Origin: Desulfuromusa kysingii
GTDB taxonomy: Bacteria > Desulfobacterota > Desulfuromonadia > Desulfuromonadales > Geopsychrobacteraceae
NCBI RefSeq assembly: GCF_900107645.1
Contig: NZ_FNQN01000007.1
Coordinates: 162,898 to 192,897 of the forward strand
Direction: 5' to 3'
Length of the DNA stretch: 30,000 nt
In this document: piece after piece, positions 1-7,903 of the stretch
How the letters are laid out: every line of letters begins with the position of its first letter
Position numbering within the stretch: position 1 is the first letter of the stretch
Position numbers and translations under genes: made by a program
Notes under the pieces: generated by a model
Told to the model about the DNA's origin: nothing
The model's database searches: none
Seen by the model: only the letters and a program-made list of their open reading frames with translations

Positions 1-198
1 TCGCTCACAGCACAACATGGCGACATTGTGATTGCTGAGTTTAACGGCGAGCTGACGGTCAAGAAACTGGAGATGACCCCTGTCGTCAGGCTGATACCAA
101 TGAACAACCAACATGCTCCGATAGAGATCCCGGAAGAATCTGATTTGGAAATCTTCGGTGTCGTCACCACCTCAATTCACTCTCTGCACAAATCATGA
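1..198 (+). CDS. umuD: UmuD-like S24 peptidase, C-terminal fragment (5' end lies outside the window)
   Basis: Frame +1 is open from the window edge to TGA at 196-198. The translation ...GDIVIAEFNGELTVKKLEMTPVVRLIPMNNQHAPIEIPEESDLEIFGVVTTSIH resembles the UmuD/LexA C-terminal beta domain. The stop overlaps the umuC ATG (ATGA), as in umuDC operons. Confidence 0.75.
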   Translation, partial: SLTAQHGDIVIAEFNGELTVKKLEMTPVVRLIPMNNQHAPIEIPEESDLEIFGVVTTSIHSLHKS

Positions 199-1451
199 CA
201 ACGTTTGCCTTGGTCGATTGCAACAACTTTTACTGTAGCTGCGAACGGCTGTTTCGACCGGAGTTGAAGAAGCGCCCGGTTGCCGTATTGTCCAATAATG
301 ATGGCTGCATTGTCGCCCGTTCTCAGGAGGTCAAAGATCTGGGGATTTCGATGGCAACCCCTTTATTTAAAGTGGCCGATCAGCTTAAACAACATCAGGT
401 ACAGATCTTTTCATCCAACTATACGCTATATGCTGACATCTCTTCCCGGGTCATGCAGACACTGGAACAATTTTCTCCAAAGCTGGAAATCTACTCCATT
501 GATGAAGCTTTTCTTGACCTGACGGGATTCAACCATCTGGAAAAATATGCTCAGCAGATCAAAACCACCGTCTACCAACATGTCGGGGTTCCAGTTTGTG
601 TTGGTATGGCACCAACCAAAACATTAGCGAAACTCGCCAACTACGCTGCTAAAAAGTTTCAGGCCACCGGAGGTGTCGTTGATTTATCCGACCCCGTCCG
701 ACAAAAGAAATTGCTACAGATCACCCCCGTCGCAGAAGTCTGGGGTGTAGGTCGCAAACATACAGAAAAACTAAAGCGGATAGGGATCACAACGGCCCTG
801 CAACTGGCGCAGATGGACAGCCGACGGGTGAGAAAGCTTTATTCCGTGGTGATGGAGCGGACCGTTCGGGAACTCAACGGCGAAGCTTGTATTGAGCTTG
901 ACCACAGCCCGGCAGCAAAACAGCAGATCATCTGCTCACGCTCCTTTGGTGAGAAAATTACCGACTACGCAACATTACGGGAAACCGTTTGTGAATTCGC
1001 TGCAAGAGCCGCAGAAAAACTCCGGGAGGAAAAACAATACACCCGCGCCGTTAATGTCTTTATCCGCACCAGCCCATTTATGAAAACAGATCCCCTCTAC
1101 AGCAACTCTGCCACAGGAAAACTGGCTCAGCCCAGCTCTGACACCCGCGACATTCTTGCGTTAGCAGTCAGGCTGTTTGATGCCATCTGGAAAGAAGGTT
1201 ACCGCTACGCCAAGGCTGGGGTAATGCTGGGGGATTTCTGTTCACCACGACAGTTACAGTACAACCTGTTTCACCTGCCGGCCGAAAACACACACCGGGA
1301 CAAACTGATGCAAACGGTTGACGATATCAATCACAGCGGACAGGGGCAGATCTGGTTCGGCGGGCAACGTCCGAAGCAGGATTGGTTCATGAACCAATCC
1401 AATCTTTCGCCAGCGTATACAACGCGGTGGGATTGCCTGCCACTGGTATAG
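195..1451 (+). CDS. umuC: Y-family translesion DNA polymerase V catalytic subunit UmuC
   Basis: A 418 aa ORF. The N-terminus FALVDCNNFYCSCERLFRPELKKRPVAVLSNNDGCIVARS and the motifs SIDEAFLDLTG, TKTLAKLAN, ICSRSFG and AGVMLGDF are collinear with E. coli UmuC as I recall it. Confidence 0.92.
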   Translation: MTTFALVDCNNFYCSCERLFRPELKKRPVAVLSNNDGCIVARSQEVKDLGISMATPLFKVADQLKQHQVQIFSSNYTLYADISSRVMQTLEQFSPKLEIYSIDEAFLDLTGFNHLEKYAQQIKTTVYQHVGVPVCVGMAPTKTLAKLANYAAKKFQATGGVVDLSDPVRQKKLLQITPVAEVWGVGRKHTEKLKRIGITTALQLAQMDSRRVRKLYSVVMERTVRELNGEACIELDHSPAAKQQIICSRSFGEKITDYATLRETVCEFAARAAEKLREEKQYTRAVNVFIRTSPFMKTDPLYSNSATGKLAQPSSDTRDILALAVRLFDAIWKEGYRYAKAGVMLGDFCSPRQLQYNLFHLPAENTHRDKLMQTVDDINHSGQGQIWFGGQRPKQDWFMNQSNLSPAYTTRWDCLPLV

Positions 1452-1694
1452 ACTTCGATTATAAAAAAATGCCATGCCAGGGTCAGCAGCAGACAACTGA
1501 AGCTCAAGCAAAAATCAGCGGTTCTTCCATACAACTGGCCACGGGGCAAAAAGCATCCATCCCCTTCTTTTGATCGGCGGTCTTAAAACACATCCCGGAC
1601 AATCTCTGCCTCATAATGAATCGCTTTGTCCATCTCCATATCGTTATTAACTTCTTCCTGTGCCTGATCACGGATTCAATCTGGAAACAGCGCG

Positions 1695-3215
1695 TCAACT
1701 TGATAGCAGCTGCTGCCTGTTGATATTGAGTTTTTTGATGCGACTCTGCAGGGTCGTCGGCTTCATTTGGAGTAAATCTGCAGCGCCATTCTCGCCGTAT
1801 ATTTTACCCGCAGTCCGGATGAGAGCAGCTTCAATGTGTCTCTTCTCCATACTGACCATGCTGGGAAACGGCGTCTGTGGTTCGGAACCTGCAGCCACAG
1901 GACGGTCAGGCGCTGAAATCTCTGCAGGGAGTGGAGTCTCTTTCAGCCCGAGATGACGACATTCTATCGTATTTCCTTTAGACAAAAGGACCGCACGGCT
2001 GATCGCACTCTGAAGTTCACGCACGTTACCGGGCCAAGGGTAGCTGAGTAGCCCCGCAACCGTCTCTTCGCTGATAGCGGCAGGGACAGTGCCCGACTTT
2101 TGAGCCTCTTTCTGAATAAAGTGATGGGCAAGAAGGATGATGTCTTCCTGCCGTTGGCGCAAAGGGGGAAGGAGCAGAGGATAGACACCGAGTCGGTAAT
2201 AAAGATCTTCGCGAAACAACCCGTCCTGAACTCTTTGTTTTAAATCCATGTGGCTCGCCGCAATGATACGCACATCGCAAGAACGCGTGACCTCACCGCC
2301 GATCCGCTCGAAAGTCCCCTCCTGCAAGGTACGCAGAAGCTTAGGTTGAATCTCCATAGGCAAATCGGCGACTTCATCCAGAAACAAAGTGCCCCCGTCC
2401 GCAATTTCAAAACGCCCCTTACGTTGGACAATCGCCGTGGTGAACGCACCCTTCTCATGACCGAAGAGCTCACTTTCCGCCAGGCTGGCGTTCAACGCTG
2501 AGCAATTCAGAGCAATAAACGGCTTGTCACTTCGCGGGCTGAGTCGGTGAATGATGCGCGCCACCTGTTCTTTGCCTGTTCCGGTCTCCCCCTGAATCAG
2601 GACAGGGAGTTCGGATTCAGCGACAATTTTGACCTGATCGACGACACGTGCCCAAGCCGGTGAATTGCCCATCATGTTTTGAAAATGAGAAGCCTCCCGA
2701 GTGAGTAAAATATTTCGTTCCCGGGTCAGATCACGCCTGAGACTGTCGAGATACTGACTGGACTCATTCTGGGCAATAATCACGGCAATCAGACGTGAAA
2801 TAGTCCCGATAAATTTGACGATAGCTGGTGAAAACATACTGCAAGCCGAATGATCCAGAGTCAAAAGTCCGATGGGAGTATCCTGAACATACAAGGGGGC
2901 GACCAGGCAGGAATGATCCTCGGGCAAAGCCAACAAGTCTTCGTAGGTATCTTCATGCTCCTCATGCTCATCGAACAAATAAGGTTGATCAAAGCGGAGG
3001 ATATGGGCGAGATCTTTGCGACGGTTCAGATCGACACTGAAGCTTTCGATGCGTTCATTGACCAGCGGCCCCAGAGCTTTCTGTACTGTCAGAGTATTCG
3101 CTCCAGTTATTTTCAGGATAACGGCAAGATCGTAATCGACCAGATCCCGTAAAGCCGTGAGAATCAGTCCAAGAATTTTGTCAGCTGACCCCAGGGAAAG
3201 AAGCTGTCTATCCAT
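1695..3215 (-). CDS. Sigma-54-dependent transcriptional activator with an N-terminal GAF domain (NorR-like architecture)
   Basis: 506 aa. The N-terminal part is GAF-like (...HSCLVAPLYVQDTPIGLLTLDH...). The AAA+ core has Walker A GETGTGKE, ESELFGHEKGAFTTA and GGTLFLDEV. A C-terminal Fis-type HTH is present (AADLLQMKPTTLQSRIKKL). GGAG lies 6 nt before the ATG. Confidence 0.9.
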   Translation of the reverse strand: MDRQLLSLGSADKILGLILTALRDLVDYDLAVILKITGANTLTVQKALGPLVNERIESFSVDLNRRKDLAHILRFDQPYLFDEHEEHEDTYEDLLALPEDHSCLVAPLYVQDTPIGLLTLDHSACSMFSPAIVKFIGTISRLIAVIIAQNESSQYLDSLRRDLTRERNILLTREASHFQNMMGNSPAWARVVDQVKIVAESELPVLIQGETGTGKEQVARIIHRLSPRSDKPFIALNCSALNASLAESELFGHEKGAFTTAIVQRKGRFEIADGGTLFLDEVADLPMEIQPKLLRTLQEGTFERIGGEVTRSCDVRIIAASHMDLKQRVQDGLFREDLYYRLGVYPLLLPPLRQRQEDIILLAHHFIQKEAQKSGTVPAAISEETVAGLLSYPWPGNVRELQSAISRAVLLSKGNTIECRHLGLKETPLPAEISAPDRPVAAGSEPQTPFPSMVSMEKRHIEAALIRTAGKIYGENGAADLLQMKPTTLQSRIKKLNINRQQLLSS

Positions 3216-3226
3216 ATTTTCTCCGT

Positions 3227-3297
3227 AACCGATATTTCGTTACCAAACCACATTCACCGATATTTCGTTTATTTATCACCGAGATATCGGTGAATGT
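3227..3297. promoter_or_regulatory. Cluster of repeated boxes, a candidate upstream activating sequence
   Basis: Direct repeat (A/C)ACCGATATTTCGTT at 3227-3241 and 3255-3269. Perfect 14-bp inverted repeat ACATTCACCGATAT (3250-3263) / ATATCGGTGAATGT (3284-3297). The cluster lies 80-150 bp upstream of the -24/-12 element at 3377-3392 and directly upstream of the divergent activator gene. Confidence 0.5.
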
Positions 3298-3376
3298 CAA
3301 GGCACAGATCACCCGTTCAAAACGAGCATTGAACTAAGCGCCTGTCTTTACTATGAATATTATTTTTTAACAAAAG

Positions 3377-3392
3377 TGGCATAGCCATTGCT
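3377..3392 (+). promoter_or_regulatory. Sigma-54 (-24/-12) promoter for the peroxiredoxin gene
   Basis: TGGCATAGCCATTGCT matches TGGCAC-N5-TTGCW, with correct GG/GC spacing. Confidence 0.7.
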
Positions 3393-3686
3393 AAATAGAA
3401 GCAGAAGAAGACAGCAACACAAAAGCAATCAAGTTGCAAAGGGCTAAAAAAGGATTTCCATCAAGACAGTCAGAGAGATGGATCGACGTCAACCTGGCTG
3501 GACTTGCAAATTGTCACCTTTTATCCGCGTGACTTGCCAAAACAGGAGTCAACGCAGAATTTACAACACACACATTAGCAGCAGATCTTATTCAGGAGGC
3601 CAGTCATGCCATGTGACACAACAAAAGTTATTGAAGACACAGAACCAATTGTTGCCGAAAACCAACCAAAACAGGAGGAAAAGAAA

Positions 3687-4301
3687 ATGGGCTCAACTTT
3701 AGTTATGCGGCGTATGCCAGAATTTGAAATGGAGGCTTATGACGCTGCCACAGGTCATTACACAACGATTTCCAGTGAACAACTCAAAGGCAAGTGGGGT
3801 GTCATCTGCTTCTATCCCGCCGACTTCACCTTTGTCTGCCCAACTGAGATCGCGGCCATGAATTCACAACTTGACAAACTGAATGAGCTGGGAGTTGTCG
3901 TGGTACCTATTTCAGGAGATACAAAATTCAGCCACAAGCGTTTTGTTGAGACAGAACCTTTGCTCGAAGGGTTAAAACTGACCATGGGTGCCGACAATAC
4001 CGGCAATGTCGCCCGTAAATTTGGGGTTTGGATTGAGCAAGAAGGCGTCGCCCTGCGTGGTCGCTTCATTATTAATCCTGACGGTGTTGTCGTGGCAGAA
4101 GAAACTGTCGCCGACAGTGTTGGCCGTAGCGTTATGGAATTGATCCGCCAACTGGAGGCATGGCAGCATGCTTACAGCACAGGAGAAGTCTGCCCCGCCA
4201 ACTGGCATAAAGGGAAAAAGACACTGCCTGTTAACACCGACGTAGAACAAATGACAGGTAATGTTGGTAAATATATCACCATCGATGAAATTCTTGCATA
4301 A
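3687..4301 (+). CDS. ahpC: Typical 2-Cys peroxiredoxin (AhpC/Tsa family)
   Basis: Peroxidatic motif FYPADFTFVCPTE and a C-terminal resolving Cys in EVCPANW. I prefer the ATG at 3687, which has AGGAGG 8 nt upstream. The track ORF starts at 3606, which would add an atypical N-terminal extension. No ahpF is adjacent. Confidence 0.88.
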   Translation: MGSTLVMRRMPEFEMEAYDAATGHYTTISSEQLKGKWGVICFYPADFTFVCPTEIAAMNSQLDKLNELGVVVVPISGDTKFSHKRFVETEPLLEGLKLTMGADNTGNVARKFGVWIEQEGVALRGRFIINPDGVVVAEETVADSVGRSVMELIRQLEAWQHAYSTGEVCPANWHKGKKTLPVNTDVEQMTGNVGKYITIDEILA

Positions 4302-4357
4302 CAGGTGTGACCGTCAGCAAAGTGATATTCCAATAAAATAAAACTGTCTTGTAGAAC

Positions 4358-4410
4358 AAAAACGACGTAAGGCGCGACCGATATTTCATCGAGCTTTACG
4401 TCGTTTTTTA
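4358..4410 (+). terminator. Hairpin plus T-tract after the peroxiredoxin gene
   Basis: AAAAACGACGTAA (4358-4370) pairs with TTACGTCGTTTTT (4397-4409) and is followed by Ts. The 26-nt loop is unusually large. Confidence 0.55.
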
Positions 4411-4680
4411 TATTGTAGAAGACTCTCCCCAGACCTGAATTAACGCCCAAAAACGGCAAAGAACGAAGAAATAATCTGACCTAATCACCAAATTTGCTAT
4501 GAGGCGATGGATCGACTACTCAGTTTGCCGATACGCTCTCCCCTTGCCTCCGATTGCGATATGAAAAGTCCTACGCTGCCGCAACTTGAAGTTTTGGTTA
4601 CGCTGATATAAATCGGGTGCATTGATGATGTCCTTGTGCTAAAACCGAAAACTCATTTCTAAACAAAGAGAGGATAATCA

Positions 4681-5142
4681 ATGCTACAGGCAAAAGAAGC
4701 AGATAAAGTCTCCATCCACTTTATTGGTAAGCTGGAAGACGGAACCATTATTGACACAACCCACGCAGATCCATGCCAAGACGATGAATGCTGTCACGAA
4801 CATGGCCCACTGCAACTTGTGATTGGTGAGGGAGATTTTTACATGCCCATTGAAGAGGCATTAGTCGGGATGCGTGTCGGTGAAAAGAAAAGTATTGTTA
4901 TCGCCCCCGATGACGCTTTTGGTGAGTACGATGCCGAAAATGTTTTCAGTATCAATCGCAGTGAATTTGCTGATGATATCACTCCAGAAATTGGTCTGGA
5001 ACTCGAAGTTACCGGCGACGACGATGAAGTTTACATGGTGACAATTGTGAAAATGGACGATGAAGAGATCACTTTTGACACAAATCACCCCCTGGCCGGT
5101 GAAGAATTAACCTACGAATTTGAACTGGTTGAGATCCTTTAA
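4681..5142 (+). CDS. FKBP-type peptidyl-prolyl cis-trans isomerase, SlyD-like
   Basis: 153 aa. FKBP signature V..HF.GKLEDG..IDTT ... GPL.LVIGEG ... EEAL.GM.VGEKK...AP.DAFGEYD, with an insert-in-flap region and NHPLAGEEL.YE.ELVEI. RBS GAGAGGA lies upstream. Confidence 0.85.
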   Translation: MLQAKEADKVSIHFIGKLEDGTIIDTTHADPCQDDECCHEHGPLQLVIGEGDFYMPIEEALVGMRVGEKKSIVIAPDDAFGEYDAENVFSINRSEFADDITPEIGLELEVTGDDDEVYMVTIVKMDDEEITFDTNHPLAGEELTYEFELVEIL

Positions 5143-5331
5143 AAAAAGATAGGGACATCCATGAATAAAGAGCATTTAGAAGAAATTATCAGTCGGGACG
5201 CTCACTGCTTTGGCTGCAACCCAAAAAAACATGACGAATGCTCGGTCTCTGAAACAAAATTTTGATTTTCTATTTAGATTAATAAATTCATTCCAAATCC
5301 TCATCGGAGGATACCACCTATAAAAAGCCCA

Positions 5332-5361
5332 AAGCCCTTTGGTCATCTGACCAAAGGGCTT
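5332..5361 (-). terminator. Perfect 14-bp hairpin, candidate terminator of the ribBA-ribH transcript
   Basis: AAGCCCTTTGGTCA (5332-5345) / TGACCAAAGGGCTT (5348-5361). On the minus strand it is followed by GGGCTTTTTATA. It lies about 195 nt downstream of the ribH stop. Confidence 0.45.
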
Positions 5362-5556
5362 ACGTTATTAGGGAATACCGTCTACTGAATATTTCTTGAT
5401 TAGCCTTTTAGGGGCCGTTTCATACTGATTTTTGATTCCATAAAGTTTTCAGCATCACCAGCAAAATTGAATATTAGAACCATTCCTAAAATAAAATCGA
5501 TTGTGAAATTCTATTACCTCTATTTTATTGCGACTTCATAACAATTTTGTTTAGCA

Positions 5557-6021
5557 CTAAAGCTTCTTCAAAAGGTTGACCATTTCGATTGCAGTAAGAG
5601 CAGCATCTTCTCCTTTGTTGCCCGATTTCGTTCCAGCACGCTCAATCGCCTGCTCAATTGAATTAGTGGTTAATACACCAAAGGAGATCGGCACACCTAA
5701 TTCCAAAGAAACAGAAGCGATACCTTTGGCGACTTCCGCACAAACATAGTCAAAATGTGGTGTATCTCCTTTGATCACAGCACCAAGACAAATGATAGCA
5801 TCATACGTGCATTGTTCTGCTAACTTCTTGGCCACAAGGGGAATTTCGAACGCACCAGGAACGCGGATGACTTTCAGATTAGTTTTTTCAGCACCATGAC
5901 GACTCAGGGTATCAAGTGCTCCCTCGACAAGGCGTTCACAAATAAAACTATTAAAACGACTGACAACGATGGCAAACTTTTGTCCAGCAGCCCTAAGTTG
6001 TCCTTCTATAATTTCAGTCAT
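5557..6021 (-). CDS. ribH: 6,7-dimethyl-8-ribityllumazine synthase
   Basis: 154 aa. Contains [41 protein letters not shown] and the canonical length. Confidence 0.95.
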   Translation of the reverse strand: MTEIIEGQLRAAGQKFAIVVSRFNSFICERLVEGALDTLSRHGAEKTNLKVIRVPGAFEIPLVAKKLAEQCTYDAIICLGAVIKGDTPHFDYVCAEVAKGIASVSLELGVPISFGVLTTNSIEQAIERAGTKSGNKGEDAALTAIEMVNLLKKL

Positions 6022-6024
6022 TAT

Positions 6025-7263
6025 CTAACTAACCTTACTCACGTTACTCGTTGTCTTTTGCAGATTTTCAAATATATGCCCCAGTTTTTCTTGTTTAGTC
6101 CTCAGATAGTGCAGATTAGTACTACAAGCATCCATCTCAATCGGAACCCGCTCAACAATTGATAGACCGTAACCCTCCAGCCCAATGATCTTTTTGGGGT
6201 TATTCGTCATCAAGCGAATCTTACGCACACCTAAATCAGCCAGTATTTGCGCACCCATGCCGTAGTCACGTAAATCAGCTTTAAAGCCCAGAGCCTCGTT
6301 CGCCTCAACCGTGTCACAGCCATTATCTTGAAGAGAATAAGCCTTTAGTTTATTGACCAGTCCGATTCCACGACCTTCCTGCCGCATATAAAGGATAACT
6401 CCAGTGCCTTCTTCATCAATCCGAGCCATAGCGGCATGTAGTTGTTGGCTACAATCACAACGTTGTGAACCAAAAACATCACTCGTCATACATTCGGAAT
6501 GAACCCGAACAAGCACTGGTTGTTCCGAATTGATATTCCCCTTGACCAGAGCCAAATGGTTGCAGTTATCGACATCATTTTCATAAACCTTCAGTTGAAA
6601 ATCACCTCCATAGGAAGTTGGCAGGATTGTCTCAGCAGCGCAGCGGACTATGCGTTCCTTATGCATCCGATAGCTAATCAGATCGGCAATAGTAACAATT
6701 TTCAAATTATGTTTTTTTGCGAAAACCATTAGTTGCGGCATGCGAGACATAGTGCCATCGTTATTCATAATTTCACAGATTACCCCAGCGGGCTTCAACC
6801 CTGCCAAACGGGCCAGATCAACAGACCCTTCGGTCTGGCCAGTACGGACCATAACACCGCCTTTTTTAGCTCGCAGCGGAAAAATGTGGCCCGGACGAGC
6901 CAAATCAGTAGCGGTGGTATTTTCATCAATAGCGGTTGCAATGGTGCAAGCACGGTCAGCCGCTGATATTCCTGTTGTTACTCCTACACGCGCTTCGATG
7001 GAAACAGTGAAGGCTGTCCCGAAGGAGGCAGTGTTGTTAGAAACCATCGGAGGCAAATCAAGTTGATCCGCTCGCTCTTCTGTCAAAGTCAGACAGATCA
7101 GACCTCGACCCTCTTTCGCCATAAAATTAATTGCGTGGGGGGTAACACATTCTGCAGCCAGCACTAAGTCTCCTTCGTTTTCACGGTCCTCATCATCACA
7201 AAGAATAACCATTTTACCATCACGAATATCCTTAATTGCTGCTTCTATCTTGGCGGTAGGCAT
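6025..7263 (-). CDS. ribBA: Bifunctional 3,4-dihydroxy-2-butanone-4-phosphate synthase / GTP cyclohydrolase II
   Basis: 412 aa. The DHBP synthase half has [11 protein letters not shown] and RTGQTEG. The GCH-II half has [20 protein letters not shown] and [18 protein letters not shown] is present. Confidence 0.95.
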   Translation of the reverse strand: MPTAKIEAAIKDIRDGKMVILCDDEDRENEGDLVLAAECVTPHAINFMAKEGRGLICLTLTEERADQLDLPPMVSNNTASFGTAFTVSIEARVGVTTGISAADRACTIATAIDENTTATDLARPGHIFPLRAKKGGVMVRTGQTEGSVDLARLAGLKPAGVICEIMNNDGTMSRMPQLMVFAKKHNLKIVTIADLISYRMHKERIVRCAAETILPTSYGGDFQLKVYENDVDNCNHLALVKGNINSEQPVLVRVHSECMTSDVFGSQRCDCSQQLHAAMARIDEEGTGVILYMRQEGRGIGLVNKLKAYSLQDNGCDTVEANEALGFKADLRDYGMGAQILADLGVRKIRLMTNNPKKIIGLEGYGLSIVERVPIEMDACSTNLHYLRTKQEKLGHIFENLQKTTSNVSKVS

Positions 7264-7285
7264 AACTTACTCCATTTATATACGT

Positions 7286-7495
7286 TTATTTTCCAGCGGA
7301 CATCATTTTGGTCTGTTTACCTTCATTCAGCAAAACATTGCTGAATGAGCCTTCCAAAGTCCCCACAATCTCACGCATTAACGTCGAAACATTCATCCCA
7401 CTATCAAGGGAAAGTTGCTCAAGACTTTGCCTCTCCAAATCGGTGACCCGAAAAGAGACAATATTACGACAAGGATTTTTAGACTTTTTACACAT
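7286..7495 (-). CDS. Small hypothetical protein with a ribbon-helix-helix-like pattern
   Basis: 69 aa. [33 protein letters not shown] fits a strand-helix-helix (CopG/MobC-like) pattern. It sits between fixX and ribBA on the same strand. No family identification was possible by eye. Confidence 0.45.
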   Translation of the reverse strand: MCKKSKNPCRNIVSFRVTDLERQSLEQLSLDSGMNVSTLMREIVGTLEGSFSNVLLNEGKQTKMMSAGK

Positions 7496-7615
7496 GATTA
7501 AACATCCACTTCCTGCAAAAAGATTGATTGCAGTAAAAGACAGCCACCTTCACCATAGTTGGAGATACGGATCGCTGTTTTTCAATATAGTGATAACTCT
7601 TAACTTTTATACTTA

Positions 7616-7903
7616 TCAACCAAATCGATACTCGACCCCGAAAGTCCCGACTGGATACTCCCACTTTTGCAGTATGGTTTTGCCGCAAAGAACTCGGCAG
7701 GTTCCGCACTCCAAGCAACCAGCATAGTCAAACTGAATACTGCCATCATCATCTTTTTTATAGAGACCGGCTGGGCAGGCGGCAATCAATTTGGCAAATT
7801 CAACCGAGTCAGGATTCTCAACCAGTTCAATATGGGCATTATTTTCATCTACAAAAAACTTATTGACACCCAGTTTTACATCGACATTCACTACATTTTT
7901 CAT
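7616..7903 (-). CDS. fixX: Ferredoxin-like protein FixX
   Basis: 95 aa. VNVDVKLGVNKF.VDE...CPAGLYKKDDDGS..FDYAGCLECGTCR...WEYP.GTFGVE.R.G is nearly collinear with E. coli FixX as recalled. A 4-nt overlap with fixC is present. Confidence 0.9.
   Translation of the reverse strand: MKNVVNVDVKLGVNKFFVDENNAHIELVENPDSVEFAKLIAACPAGLYKKDDDGSIQFDYAGCLECGTCRVLCGKTILQKWEYPVGTFGVEYRFG

Noticed and set aside
1660-3152. Track ORFs on the + strand (1660-1956, 2250-2501, 2828-3040, 2850-3152) and nested minus-strand ORFs inside the first activator gene
   Set aside because: They lie entirely antisense to, or out of frame within, a long well-supported EBP gene. They have no family motifs and are typical shadow ORFs.
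3606-3686. Upstream ATG at 3606, giving a 231-aa peroxiredoxin
   Set aside because: The added 27 residues have no counterpart in AhpC-type proteins. The ATG at 3687 has a strong AGGAGG RBS at proper spacing.
7264-7615. FMN (RFN) riboswitch expected upstream of ribBA
   Set aside because: I read both spacers on the minus strand. They are AT-rich and lack the conserved GC-rich RFN core helices. This needs a covariance-model scan to be definitive.
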